Source: Alphaproteobacteria bacterium (GTDB lineage Bacteria > Pseudomonadota > Alphaproteobacteria > Bin95). Taken from it: a stretch of DNA of 64,000 nucleotides. The translations under genes were made by a program, and so were the position numbers. The stretch lies in contig OZ219785.1 in NCBI GenBank assembly GCA_964291285.2, forward strand, positions 96,001 to 160,000, written 5' to 3'. The notes under the pieces were generated by a model. That model did not search any database and was not told the origin of the DNA. It worked only from the letters and a program-made list of their open reading frames with translations. Shown piece by piece: positions 41,442-54,373 of this stretch (position 1 is the stretch's first letter; the number at the start of each line of letters is the position of its first letter).

Positions 41442-42216
41442 GGCCCTGTGGACGTATTGACTCAGGAGCGTGTTCAGGGATTCCCGTGCGAGGATTTGTC
41501 TGAATCATGAGGCGTCGGCGATTCGGGGGTTTCTTTGATGTCGACGAAGATGACGAATGGAGACTGGGAGGTTGCGCTGGAGGTTTTCCGGCTTTGCCTT
41601 CCGAGGCGGGGTGCGAAGGCGAAGGACGACCGTCTGTTTCTGGAGGCGCTGCACTTCTTTGCGGTTCACAACATCACCTGGCGGGCGCTGCCGGAGCGGT
41701 TCGGGCACTGGAATACGGTATGGCGGCGTTTTCACCGTCTGAGCCGTTCAGGGGTGTTCGAGGACTTTTTCGCCACGCTGGCGGATTTGAGCAGCACGGC
41801 GCACCTGGTTCAGATGTTCGATTCGACCGTGACCCGCGCGCATGTATCGGCGGCCGGCGCAAAAGGGGGCAGCAGGGTCAGGCGCTTGGACGCTCGCGGG
41901 GCGGTTTCAGCACCAAAATCCACCTGAAGACCGATTTCGACGGCCTGCCGATCGCCTTCGACCTGACCGGCGGCGAGGCAGCCGACAGTCCGCATTTCGA
42001 GACCCTGATGGACATCGGCCCCGATGTCCGGCCCCGCGCCATCGTCGCCGACAAGGGCTATGACAGCGCCGGAAACCGCCAACTCGCCCGGAAAAGAGGC
42101 GCCCTGACCGTCATTCCCTACCGGAAGAACATCAAAAACAGGCCAAAGCGCTTCGCAAGCGCGCTCTACAGAGGACGGGCGCGCATCGAACAGGCCGTCG
42201 GCAAGCTCAAACGTTT
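41442..42216 (+). mobile_element. Second IS5-family element, 3'-truncated
   Basis: Begins directly after the TA of the first IS5; WRALPERFG.WNTVWRRF, GRSRGGFSTKIH, ADKGYD; similarity stops after IEQAVGKLKRF and no right IR is seen. Confidence 0.8.
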
Positions 42217-42391
42217 CAGTATTCCACCGTACGCCTGTCTGTTCCTGGCAACTGATGTCAAAGGAAATCGTTGTGTATCAATGAAGTATTGGTTTTCCCG
42301 GTGGACAAGGCGCGCCAGGACTACGCCCCGGTTGACTTTCATGTGTTGACCTGTATGGTGATATTCAGGGCTGTTTCGAAGGAATATCACT

Positions 42392-43660
42392 ATGTCAACA
42401 CAGACCGGCAAGCGCACTGCAAACCTCAAGCTCACCCTCAACAAGCGAAACGTCGAAGCCCTCAAGCCCCGGCACAAACCCTTCATCGCATGGGACGACC
42501 GCCTCACCGGATTCGGCATCCGCGTCCAGCCCTCGGGCATGCGCTCCTACATCGTCAACTACCGCGCCGGCGACGGCGGGCGCAAGGCCGCCAACCGGCG
42601 CCTCGTCCTCGGCCGCCACGGCCGCATCACCCCCGAACAGGCCAGGCGCCTCGCCCGGGAGACGCTGGGCCGCGTCGCCGCCGGCGAGGACCCCGCCGCC
42701 GGGCGCACCCGCGCCCGCGCCATGCCGACGGTGCGGGACGCCTTCGAGGACTATCTCGCCGCCGGGCCGGCGCGCAAGGACAGTACCGTTGCGGTATACC
42801 GCAGCACCGTCCACAAGGACCTCGGTGACTGGCTCGACCGCCCTCTCGACACCATCGGGCGCCGCGATGTCGAGCAGCGCTTCCGGCGCCTGAGCGAGAA
42901 TGCCGGGTGGGTGCAGGCCAACAATGCGATGAAGATGCTGCGCGCCCTCTACCGCCGCCAGTGCCTCGACCATGAGGGGCTGCACAATCCGGTGGACCAG
43001 TGGCGCGTCGCGGGCGGGCGGCCCCATCGCCCGAAACGGCGCATCATCCAGCCGCCGGCCGAGGTGCTGCCGCGCTGGCACCGCGGCATCGAGGCGGCGG
43101 TGCGTAACCCGGTCGCCCGCGACGCCTTGCACTTCGGCCTCTATACCGGCATGCGCCGGGCCGAAGTATTCGGCCTCGCATGGGCGCGGGTGGACAGGGC
43201 GGCGATGGTGTTCCGGGTCGAGGACACCAAGACCGGCGCGCCGTTGGCGCTTCCCGTCACCCGGCAGCTCGCGGCCATTCTCGAACGCCGCCTGGCCGAA
43301 CGCGACCGTGTCCCCGAGGCGAACCGGGGCTGGGTGTTCCCGTCCGAAACCAGCAGGTCCGGGCGTCTCACCGGCATGCAGCACATGAATGCGCGCATCG
43401 GCGAGGCGGGCGGCGCGAAATTCTGGTTCCATGCCCTGCGCAACTGCTTCATCACCGTCGCCGACCGCGACCTGATGCTGCCGGCCAGCCTGACCAAGCG
43501 GCTGGTCAACCACGCCCGGCCCCGGGACGTGACCGAGGGCTATGCCGCCGACTGGACCATGGAGCAACTCCGCGACGCCGCCCAGCGCATCTCTGACAGG
43601 ATCGACGCATTGATCCGCGAAGGCATTCCCGCGCCACCGGCCTTGCCGCCGACAGCATGA
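42392..43660 (+). CDS. Tyrosine integrase with arm-binding (DUF4102-type) domain
   Basis: WDDRLTGFGIRV, TGMRRAE, DTKTG, HALR, LVNH, TEGY. Confidence 0.93.
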   Translation: MSTQTGKRTANLKLTLNKRNVEALKPRHKPFIAWDDRLTGFGIRVQPSGMRSYIVNYRAGDGGRKAANRRLVLGRHGRITPEQARRLARETLGRVAAGEDPAAGRTRARAMPTVRDAFEDYLAAGPARKDSTVAVYRSTVHKDLGDWLDRPLDTIGRRDVEQRFRRLSENAGWVQANNAMKMLRALYRRQCLDHEGLHNPVDQWRVAGGRPHRPKRRIIQPPAEVLPRWHRGIEAAVRNPVARDALHFGLYTGMRRAEVFGLAWARVDRAAMVFRVEDTKTGAPLALPVTRQLAAILERRLAERDRVPEANRGWVFPSETSRSGRLTGMQHMNARIGEAGGAKFWFHALRNCFITVADRDLMLPASLTKRLVNHARPRDVTEGYAADWTMEQLRDAAQRISDRIDALIREGIPAPPALPPTA

Positions 43661-43677
43661 CGCGTGGACCTTTTCCG

Positions 43678-44000
43678 GGCCCTCGACATGGGTGCGGGTG
43701 GTGATGCGCTTGCCGTGCTTCTCGATGGTGGCCTCTTGCAGGAGGTCGAGGTCGCGGATCAGGTCGTGCCATTCGATGCTGACGCCAGCGGCGGCGCATC
43801 GGTCGGCCAGTTCCTTCTGGAGGACCAGCGCGAGGAAGGAGCAGAAGACGTGGCCGCGGATCGCGGCGTTGCAGGAGTGGTAGATCGGTCGGGTGCGCAA
43901 CTGGGCCTTCGCCCGGCGGAACAGGTCTTCCACCGTGAGCAGCTCCCGGTAGCGGAGCACGGCGTTGAGCGGCGTCATGCCGGCGTTGGTGCGCCGGCCT
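43678..44000 (-). pseudogene. IS1634-like transposase C-terminal fragment
   Basis: YRELLTVEDLFRRAKAQLRTRPIYH...IRGHVFCSFLAL. Confidence 0.8.
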
Positions 44001-44343
44001 ATCTGGGGATATACCGGTGCGAGCCTCGCAAGGCGACGATGTAGAGGTCCATCGGGTCGCGGGTGCGGGAGACCGGGCGGCGGATGGCGTCGTGGCCGTG
44101 AGCCTCCCGCTCACCGGCGGCCTTGTCCGGTGCCGGCCAGCACGCCGTCGACCCGGGCGCGCGAGAGGCGGAACCGGCCCGAAGCTGTCCCCGTAGACAG
44201 CGCGTCGCGTCGACCCGGGCGCGCGAGACGCGGAACTCCCGCGCGATCGCCGCCGGCTGCGGCGCGACAATCAACTTGAGACTTCCGCGTCAATCAGGAT
44301 GAGACGAGGGAAGGCGGCGGCCCGGAACGGAGGGAGGGCGTAG

Positions 44344-46793
<2,450 letters not shown>

Positions 46794-46912
46794 CCCGAGG
46801 CCACCAGCTCGGCCGAACTGCCCTCACACTCACGGCCCGCGGGGATCGCCTCCGCGGGCCGCTTCATCTCCGGCCCACCGGACCGCCGCGACAATCAACC
46901 TAAATCCGGCAG

Positions 46913-48851
46913 GAGGCGTGTGCGCTGTTTGGAAGTGCTTTCTGAGCAAGGCATTGCGGAGGGTCTGGATTTTTCTTACCCCGTCAGGATGGCTGATTTC
47001 CGGGGTTTTTGCGGTTTGAAGGGAAAGGTTTTGTGGATTTCCACCCCATGGCCGTGCGCGGGCTGGTTTTCGGGCGCGTCGCGTTGAGGCGCGGGACTGA
47101 GTAGAAGGTGTCGCCATCGGGCCTGCGGCCCTTGTTCCATCCACCGGCGCTGGTTGGGAGAACGTGATGGCGACAGCGGAGAAGTTAGCCTTTTCGTGGT
47201 GGTCTGTGGAGGGCCTTGCGGACCTTGAGCGTCTGCGTGTGGTGCTCGACACGCTTCCCGACGAGAAGGTTGTGGCTGCGCTTGAGGCGGGTCGAGGCCG
47301 GGGTCGCAACGACTACCCGGTGCGGGCGATGTGGCGGGCTCTGATCGCGGGGATCGTGTTCCAGCATGCCTCGATGCAGTCGCTGCTGCGTGAGCTGGGC
47401 CGCAACCCGGCATTGCTTGAGATTTGCGGGTTCGAGGCGCTGCCCTTGCAGGGTGCGCCGGTGGTGGCGCTTTGCGCAGGGCGCGCGGTGAGGCGTCCGG
47501 CGCCGTTGCGCTCGACGGTGCCGGGCGCCTGGAACTTCTCGCGGTTCCTGGGGCGCGTGGTGCGCCTTGAGGACGAGCGCGGCCTTGTGTCGGGGATGAT
47601 CGGGCGTCTGCGCGCCTCGCTGTTCGAGGAGTTGCCGGACTTCGGTCGCCATCTCGGCTACGACGGCAAGGCGGTGGCGAGCCACTCGACGGGCCGGGTT
47701 GCCGGGGCCAGGGGGCAGACCTCGGACCCCGATGCGGACTGGGGCAGGCACGAGACGGGCGGGGTGAACGCGAAGACCGGCGCGGTGTGGAAGAAGGTGA
47801 AGTCGTGGTTCGGCTACGGGCTGCACCTGATCGCCGACACGGACCACGAGGTTCCTGTGGCCTTCGAGGTGACGCGGGCGTCGGCATCGGAACCCGGGGT
47901 GCTGTCCGGGATGCTGGAGGAGTTGTTCGCCGAGGCGCCGGAGATGGCCGGGCGCTGCGCCGATTTCAGCGCCGACCGCGGTCTCGACAACGCCCGCCTG
48001 AAGGCGCGGCTGTGGGACAGGTGGCATATCCGCCCGCTGATCGACACGCGCCTGATGTGGCGGGCGGAGAAGAAGGAGCCGGGCCATGACCCGGCCCGGC
48101 CGATCACGCGACCGCTGTTCCCCGGGCGCGCCGACGTCATCGTTCATGACGAACGCGGCCGGGTGTCCTGCGTGTGCCCGCAGACCGGCGAGGTCCGCGC
48201 CATGGCCTTCCAGGGGTTCGAGGCCGGGCGCGGCGTCTGCGGCACGCTCAAATACCGCTGCCCCGCAGCCGCCTTCGGCTTCGAGTGCAAGGGACGCCGG
48301 GCCTGCCATCGGGCGGGTGGGGTGAAGTCCGGCGAATACGGCCGCATCCTGCGCGTCGACCTCGACAGCCATGACCGGCGTATCTTCACGCCCACGCCCT
48401 GGGGCAGCCCGTCATGGCGGCGCGGATACAACCGGCGCACCGCCATGGAGCGGATCAACGCCCGCCTCGACCGCAGCTTCAACTTCGAGACCCATTACAT
48501 CCGCGGACGCGCGAAGATGAAGACCCGCATCGGGCTGGCCCTGGCGGTCATGATGGCCATGGCGCTTGCACAGGCCCGCGCCGGACGCGTCGCACGCATG
48601 CGCTCCTTGGTCGGCCCGGCGCCATACCTCGATACCGGCTGACCCCTCAGCCGACTGCCGACAACGCTGACCCAACCCGCCGGACCCCGGCATACGGACA
48701 AACGCGACCGAAGGCCGGCGATGCTGCCGGGCTGGGCCGCTCAAGTTCGAAAAGCAACCGCGGCGACCGCCTCGAACGCCGGAACAAACAACATCAACAC
48801 CCGGACCCAACGTCCCATCCGACCGGAAAAACCCCACAGCGCAAATTTCTC
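46913..48851 (+). mobile_element. IS1182/IS5-like element inserted in the IS1380 inverted repeat
   Basis: Ends GAG-N5-TGCGCTGT; TSD GGCAG at 46908-46912 and 48852-48856. Confidence 0.82.
47167..48642 (+). CDS. DDE transposase (DUF772-type N-terminus)
   Basis: GRNDYPVRAMW, YDGK, WFGYGLHL, ADRGLD, YNRRTAMERINARL. Confidence 0.88.
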   Translation: MATAEKLAFSWWSVEGLADLERLRVVLDTLPDEKVVAALEAGRGRGRNDYPVRAMWRALIAGIVFQHASMQSLLRELGRNPALLEICGFEALPLQGAPVVALCAGRAVRRPAPLRSTVPGAWNFSRFLGRVVRLEDERGLVSGMIGRLRASLFEELPDFGRHLGYDGKAVASHSTGRVAGARGQTSDPDADWGRHETGGVNAKTGAVWKKVKSWFGYGLHLIADTDHEVPVAFEVTRASASEPGVLSGMLEELFAEAPEMAGRCADFSADRGLDNARLKARLWDRWHIRPLIDTRLMWRAEKKEPGHDPARPITRPLFPGRADVIVHDERGRVSCVCPQTGEVRAMAFQGFEAGRGVCGTLKYRCPAAAFGFECKGRRACHRAGGVKSGEYGRILRVDLDSHDRRIFTPTPWGSPSWRRGYNRRTAMERINARLDRSFNFETHYIRGRAKMKTRIGLALAVMMAMALAQARAGRVARMRSLVGPAPYLDTG

Positions 48852-48914
48852 GGCAGTTGACAGGCTTGATCGCTGTCTCGGGGTAGTGTGAACGGTCGGA
48901 TTTGGGCGTGGATT

Positions 48915-50480
48915 TCAGCCTGTCGGCGCGGTCCTGGGTGGCGGCAGCCAGGGTTGACGCCCCGGTTCGCGGCCATGGAGGTATTTCCTGAGCGCCTCGG
49001 CGAGGATCCGGCGCCAGCGATCCCCGGCGCTCAACTGCTCCGCAGTTTGCGTCAGCGACCGGAAGAAGCCGGCGATCCGGCGCAGCGCCGCCATCACCGT
49101 CTTGCGACGCCCGTGATGGGAGGTCACCGTCAGCCGGGTCTGGCCGGCGTGGTGGGTCTGGCGGGCAACCCCGTGCAGGAGCAGCGGCCGGCTGGTGATC
49201 GCCTCGCGGTGATGGTCGGGGTCGGCGAGGCGCACGAACAGGCTCCACCAGTTGTAGATGAGCGCGACCAGCCGGGCCATGTGCCGGCAGCGCGTCAGGT
49301 CGCGCGTGGTGAAGCCGCCCCAACCCCACTGGTTCTTCAACTCGTCGAAGCCGTTCTCCGCGTCCGCCCGGTCGCGGTAGAGCTGGGCCAGCGAGCGTAT
49401 CTCCAGGTCCAGCGAGGTCGCCAGCACCGCGAACTCCCACACCCCGGTGCCGGGCTGCGCCCCGGTCCAGAACAGCTCGCCCCGGGCCTTGTCGCCACGC
49501 GTCAGCGCCAGCATCGCAGGAAGCCGCCGGCGCAGCACCACAACCCGGCGCGTCCGGCTCCAGCCCTGCAGACGCAGATCGGCCCCGATCCCCGACCAAC
49601 CCTGGCCCGCATCCTCCCAGCCGTCCCGCGCCATCAGCCGCCCGGCAAGCCGGCGCGCCCCCTTCGTCAGGCGCAGCTTGAACAGATAGTCCGGACCCGC
49701 AGCCTCGCACGACGCCATGTTGGCCTCGCTGCCCCAGTCCTTGTCGCCCCGCACCAGACGCGGCCAGCGATCCCGCCCAAGACGGTCGAGCAACGCCCAC
49801 AAGGACGGCGCCGCGCGCCTCGAATGGTGATGGTTGCCCGGCGCCACCTCGACATCCAGAACAAGCCGCGTGCCCGCCATCAGGAACGCATGGCAGGCAT
49901 GCGAGGGGCGGCTCGGCTTCTTCGGGTTGTAGCTCACAACCGCTCCCTCCTGACGACCGTAAAGCGCCTTGATCGTCGTGTCGCAGTCCAGAACCCACGG
50001 CTCCCTCAGCAGCGGACGGACCACCTCGTCCAGATGGCCCTGAAGCCACGATGTGCCGACATCCGCACCGATCCGCTCCAGACCGCGCCGCACCGAATCC
50101 TCGCTCGCAACCTTGTCCATACCCAGCAGCGCAGGGTTCACTCCGTCGCCGCGCAGCGACGTGATGTGCGCATACCGCGATTGCCCCGCCAGAACCGACA
50201 GAAGAACCGTCCCCAGGACATCCCGCTTCGACGGCGCGTTCGGGCTCGTGTAGTGCAGCGGGCAGTCCGCAACCAAAGCGTCAAAGCGACCGCTTACCTT
50301 CAGGTATTCCGAGAAAAACGCCAGATGCCCCAGCGGCGTCACCGCCGCATCAGGGTCCCATTCCACATGAACCGCGCCGCCGAAGGTGTCCACCTTCACC
50401 GACGCTCGGGCGACATCCCGCACAGCGCCAGGATAATCACCCAAAGGGTGAGCCTCTTCGGCCCCTGAAAAGCCGCTCAT
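48915..50480 (-). CDS. IS1380-family transposase
   Basis: LDCDTTIK.LYGRQEGA, VRGDKDWG, YRDRADAENGFDELK. Confidence 0.88.
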   Translation of the reverse strand: MSGFSGAEEAHPLGDYPGAVRDVARASVKVDTFGGAVHVEWDPDAAVTPLGHLAFFSEYLKVSGRFDALVADCPLHYTSPNAPSKRDVLGTVLLSVLAGQSRYAHITSLRGDGVNPALLGMDKVASEDSVRRGLERIGADVGTSWLQGHLDEVVRPLLREPWVLDCDTTIKALYGRQEGAVVSYNPKKPSRPSHACHAFLMAGTRLVLDVEVAPGNHHHSRRAAPSLWALLDRLGRDRWPRLVRGDKDWGSEANMASCEAAGPDYLFKLRLTKGARRLAGRLMARDGWEDAGQGWSGIGADLRLQGWSRTRRVVVLRRRLPAMLALTRGDKARGELFWTGAQPGTGVWEFAVLATSLDLEIRSLAQLYRDRADAENGFDELKNQWGWGGFTTRDLTRCRHMARLVALIYNWWSLFVRLADPDHHREAITSRPLLLHGVARQTHHAGQTRLTVTSHHGRRKTVMAALRRIAGFFRSLTQTAEQLSAGDRWRRILAEALRKYLHGREPGRQPWLPPPRTAPTG

Positions 50481-50690
50481 ACCCGCAGACTACAAGGGAT
50501 TCGGCAAGGCCAAGCCATCCTCAACTGCCGGATTTAGGATCAAAAATCCTCGGAACCTGTCGCGCCGCGACAATCAAAACCAAAAACCGCTTGCAATCCC
50601 CGCCGCGCGACACAATCCTCTCCCTCGTCGCTGCCGCCGGGAATCTCATCCTGATTGACGCGCGGCTCTCATCCAGATTGTCGCGCTATA

Positions 50691-50963
50691 GCCGGCCTGA
50701 GGCCGGCCTCGAAGGCGGCGAGGATCGGCCTTTTCCTGCCCCTGCGTCACCGGCCTGGCGCGCGCCCTTCCTCCGGATGTCTTGCCGGCCTGCCGCCCGC
50801 GCCTGCGGGCCTCGGCTGTCGCCGCTTCGACCGGCCGGTCGAGGTCCGCGTCGTCGAGATGGCGGAGCAAACGGTCGAGGCTCCCGCCGCGCTTTCCCGT
50901 CCCGCCACCCGAGCGCGCCGTCCTTCCTGCGCGTTGCCCCGTTTTCGTGGTCCTTCCTGTCAC
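50691..50963 (-). pseudogene. N-terminal part of a small HTH-like protein split by IS21 (continues at ~44257-44200)
   Basis: Joining across the GCCGGC TSD gives ILAAFEAGLRP|AAIAREFRVSRARVD; a frameshift lies upstream. Confidence 0.55.
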
Positions 50964-51214
50964 CTACAACCGGTGAGCGCATCGCGTGTGCGCTGGTCGA
51001 TTGCAGCCCGAACGTGCCGGTGTGGCCATGGCCAGGGTGCTCTCCAGCTACCGGTCACCCGTGCCGCCGGCCCGCCGCCCGCCGTCGGGAACGCCGCCTC
51101 CCCCGCTCCGCGCCGGCAGGAGGGAAGGTCTGGCCGTGAGCGGGGCGGCGGTCGGCGCTTCGGAGAGCGGGGCGCTGCCGCCGGGTTCCACCACGGCACG
51201 ATGGAGACGGCAGC

Positions 51215-51547
51215 ATGACGGCAGCAACGATGGCGATGCCCGGCAATACGGCAAGCACGTTCCTGGTCCACTATTTCGGCGGCGGCCTCGACGGCGACGA
51301 CCGCTTCGTGGTCGAGCGGTTCCGCGCCCTGGCCTGCGGCGACATTCGTCCGGTCCGGGACGGTGAGGAGAACGCGAAGGGACGGCGCAAGGTCAGGCGC
51401 ACCGTGGTCTCGCGCAAGGAGGCCGAGGCGATGCGCCCGGAGCGCACCGAGATCATCGTGTGCACCGGCCTTCGCACCCGCGGCGGGAAACAGGCCTGGG
51501 GTTCGGTTGCGGCGGGCCTCCTGTGCGACCGCAAGCAGCGCGGCTGA
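51215..51547 (+). CDS. Hypothetical protein
   Basis: GGAG RBS and ATG; co-oriented with the downstream cluster. Confidence 0.55.
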   Translation: MTAATMAMPGNTASTFLVHYFGGGLDGDDRFVVERFRALACGDIRPVRDGEENAKGRRKVRRTVVSRKEAEAMRPERTEIIVCTGLRTRGGKQAWGSVAAGLLCDRKQRG

Positions 51548-51634
51548 GCGCTTTCCCGAGGGACGTCCCGCCGGCCCGGCCGGGTCGGCCGGGCGTCCCT
51601 CTTCCGTTTTCCCCACGGCAAGGAGAATGCTCCC

Positions 51635-52657
51635 ATGTGCGAGCAGCAGGACATCGGGGCCCGGCGCGCGCGGAACCTGGAGCGCTGGCGTCGTCGGGTT
51701 GCCGACCGGCGCGCGCGCGGCAAGTGCATCGGGTGCGGCAAGCGCGAACCCGAGCCCGCGCGGACCCTGTGCGCGCCCTGCGCCGAGAAGCGGAACCGGG
51801 CGAGCCGGGCCAGGGACGCAAGGCTGCGCACCGCCGGCCTCCCCCGGAGAGACCCCGACAAGGCCCGCGCCCAGGAGCGCGACCGGTCCCGCCGCGAGGC
51901 TGAAATGCGCCGCGACGCCGGGCTCTGCATCCGGTGCGGCAAGCAGCCGGCCGCCGATGGCCGTGCGTCCTGCGAGCCGTGCCTGGAGAAGCGCCGGGCA
52001 GCCGACCGCGCGAAATACGCCGCCGGGAAAGCCGCCGGCCTCAAGTATGGCGGGGCCGATGCCGAAGCCAAAAGGCGCGCCGCCCGGGCGAAGAGCAAGC
52101 GCCGCCAGAAAGTCCGGATCGAGGCGGGACTCTGTATCCGCTGCGGCAGGCAGCCCCCTGCCGGGGGCGGAACCACCTGCCAGCACTGCCGGGACAGGAG
52201 GCAGGCGGCGGAACGCCGGAAATACCGGGACCGGCGCCAGGCCGGGCTCTGCACCCGGTGCGGCGCCGCCGTCCATGACGGTCTGTCGCGCTGCGCTGCG
52301 TGTGCCGCCATCGAGGAGGCCAGCCACAACCCGGAGCGCAAGAACGCACGCTCGCGGCAGTTGTACGCCCGGCGCCGGGCCGCCGGCCTGTGCACGGCCT
52401 GCGGGGCGCCGTCACAGGGGGCGGCGCGCTGTGCGCCCTGTGCCGAGAAGTCGTATCAAGGCTCGGCGCATTTCAGGGGCATCCCGGTCCACGAGCCGGT
52501 CTGGACCGTGATCGAACTGGAGACCGGCCGCGAGCACGGTCCGTTCGACGATCCGGCCGATGTCGCCCTCTGCCTCGCCTTCGGGAAGCTCGACCGCAAC
52601 CGCGTCGAGATCGTCGCCGACGCCCCCGTCACCGCCTCCTTCACCGCCTGGACCTGA
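51635..52657 (+). CDS. Basic protein with five CxxCG-x(9-11)-CxxC zinc-finger repeats
   Basis: AGGAG RBS; G(K/L)CxxCG...CxxC five times with Arg-rich linkers. Confidence 0.85.
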   Translation: MCEQQDIGARRARNLERWRRRVADRRARGKCIGCGKREPEPARTLCAPCAEKRNRASRARDARLRTAGLPRRDPDKARAQERDRSRREAEMRRDAGLCIRCGKQPAADGRASCEPCLEKRRAADRAKYAAGKAAGLKYGGADAEAKRRAARAKSKRRQKVRIEAGLCIRCGRQPPAGGGTTCQHCRDRRQAAERRKYRDRRQAGLCTRCGAAVHDGLSRCAACAAIEEASHNPERKNARSRQLYARRRAAGLCTACGAPSQGAARCAPCAEKSYQGSAHFRGIPVHEPVWTVIELETGREHGPFDDPADVALCLAFGKLDRNRVEIVADAPVTASFTAWT

Positions 52658-52847
52658 CATGCTGTCCCGGGCGGCGATGGCGGCGCTCGCCTGGCCGCGG
52701 TCCGCCGCGCCGTCCCTGTGTCGTGGAGAGGAGTAAAGCGCCTGCCGGGCGAGTGTCCGGCAGGGCGGAGGAGAGGACTCCCCGCCGATGCCGGATCGAT
52801 GTCCGGCACAGGTCGCCGGGCAGGACAACGGCAGAGGAGTTCCCGCC

Positions 52848-53054
52848 ATGTTTCATCCCGATACATCCCTCGACCTCCCGACCGGCTGCGACCTGCTCGC
52901 CGAACTCGGCGTCGACCGTCGCACCGTCCGCGAGATCGCCGAGGACGAGCGCGCCATCCGCTGTCCCGACCGGGGCGCGGCCTGTCCGGTGCACGGCTTC
53001 GCGAGCCTCTTCCCGGAACCGGCGTCGTCGTTCTCTCCGGGCGGTCAGGGGTAG
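52848..53054 (+). CDS. Small hypothetical protein
   Basis: GAGGAG RBS before ATG 52848; 68 aa. Confidence 0.6.
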   Translation: MFHPDTSLDLPTGCDLLAELGVDRRTVREIAEDERAIRCPDRGAACPVHGFASLFPEPASSFSPGGQG

Positions 53055-53158
53055 AGGAGGGCCTGAAGAGATTGAACGGGCAGGGGTTCGGGGGAGTGAC
53101 CCCGGCCCCGGTCGTTCGCAACCCATCGTCATCAACACGAACCTGAAGGAGTATCGCA

Positions 53159-53587
53159 ATGAGCTTCGGATTGAACAAGGTGCAGATCATCGGCCGCCTC
53201 GGCGCGGACGTCACCATCAACCACCTGCAGAACGGCGGCCGCGTGGCCAATCTGAGCGTTGCCACCGACGAGAGCTACATCGACCGGAACGGCAGCGGCG
53301 AGCGGATCGACAGGACCGAGTGGCACCGGGTCGTGACCTTCCAGGACGGGCTGATCGACATGCTCGCCAGGCACGCCACGAAGGGCCGGCTGGTCTACAT
53401 CGACGGCAAGCTCCAGACCCGGCGCTGGAAGAAGCCGGGCGAGGACTCCGACCGCTTCTCGACCGAGATCCTGCTGGTCCCGGGTGGGCGCGTCCAGTTC
53501 CTCGACAAGGCGAACGGCAACGCCGCGCAGCCCGGCCCGGACGCGGCGGGCGGCGACCCGATGGATGGGGATCAGATCCCGTTCTAG
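53159..53587 (+). CDS. ssb: Single-stranded DNA-binding protein
   Basis: LNKVQIIGRLGAD, TEWHRVV, KGRLVYIDGKLQTRRW, acidic IPF tail. Confidence 0.96.
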   Translation: MSFGLNKVQIIGRLGADVTINHLQNGGRVANLSVATDESYIDRNGSGERIDRTEWHRVVTFQDGLIDMLARHATKGRLVYIDGKLQTRRWKKPGEDSDRFSTEILLVPGGRVQFLDKANGNAAQPGPDAAGGDPMDGDQIPF

Positions 53588-53773
53588 AGCTTCCCGTTCT
53601 TCCCCCCCCCCCCACAGGGCCGGCGCCTCGCGCGTCGGCCCTTTTCTCATGCGGGCAGGTTCAAGTCTCGCCGCGGCGCATACGGGAGTGGGAGCGAGGC
53701 TGGAAAGCGGGTGAACCGCGCGAGGAGGAGAGGGAGCCCGCTCGCGCACCCGTCACGCTACCCGGAGAACCCG

Positions 53774-54001
53774 ATGAGCACCATCTCCTTCCGCCGCATC
53801 GCCCCCGACGAATCCCGCATCTACCGGGACGGCGACCATGTCGGCGACGTCCACGCCTTCGACGACAGCATCCGGCCGGGGCGCAGGGTGTTCGCCATAC
53901 ATCTCGACGAGGACCCGCGCGGGCCCGTCTATCTCCACGACCGCACCCGCATCCGCGAGGTCGCCGGGCGCCTGGTCCTCTCCCATCCCCTGTGGGGTTG
54001 A
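53774..54001 (+). CDS. Small hypothetical protein
   Basis: GGAG RBS; 75 aa with globular composition. Confidence 0.65.
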   Translation: MSTISFRRIAPDESRIYRDGDHVGDVHAFDDSIRPGRRVFAIHLDEDPRGPVYLHDRTRIREVAGRLVLSHPLWG

Positions 54002-54373
54002 CGCAAGGGCGGGCAACGGCGCCTCCCGCTCCGGCGCCGTGCCGGCCGAACCGACGATGGGGTCCGTGCAGGGCGAGAGAAATACGCCACCCCGCTGTGA
54101 TCTCCAATCGTGTCACACGGGCTCGCGACAGCAACCCCTGCGGGGTCCTCCGGTCGCTCCGCTCCCTGCGGCCCGGCCAAGAAGCTCCAGGGGCGGACCG
54201 TGAAAGTCGACGACCGTGAAGATCGCAGGGCGATCTTCCGCACCACTCGCCGACTTTCCGCACCACTCCGCCCAGGAGCTTCTACGCCCGGGTGCTTCTG
54301 CTGCGCGCGCGTGCCCCGACAGGACATCACAACGGGGATCGGCCCCGAACGTGAAAACCGAAAGGAAAACGAC

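Larger units (their letters stand above)
46899..50538 (-). mobile_element. IS1380-family element
   Basis: TIR CCTAAATCCGGCAG(TTGA); 5-bp TSD ATCAA at 46894-46898 and 50539-50543. Confidence 0.88.

Noticed and set aside
53602-53613. C12 homopolymer after ssb
   Set aside because: Intergenic next to a terminator-like hairpin; no evident coding or promoter effect
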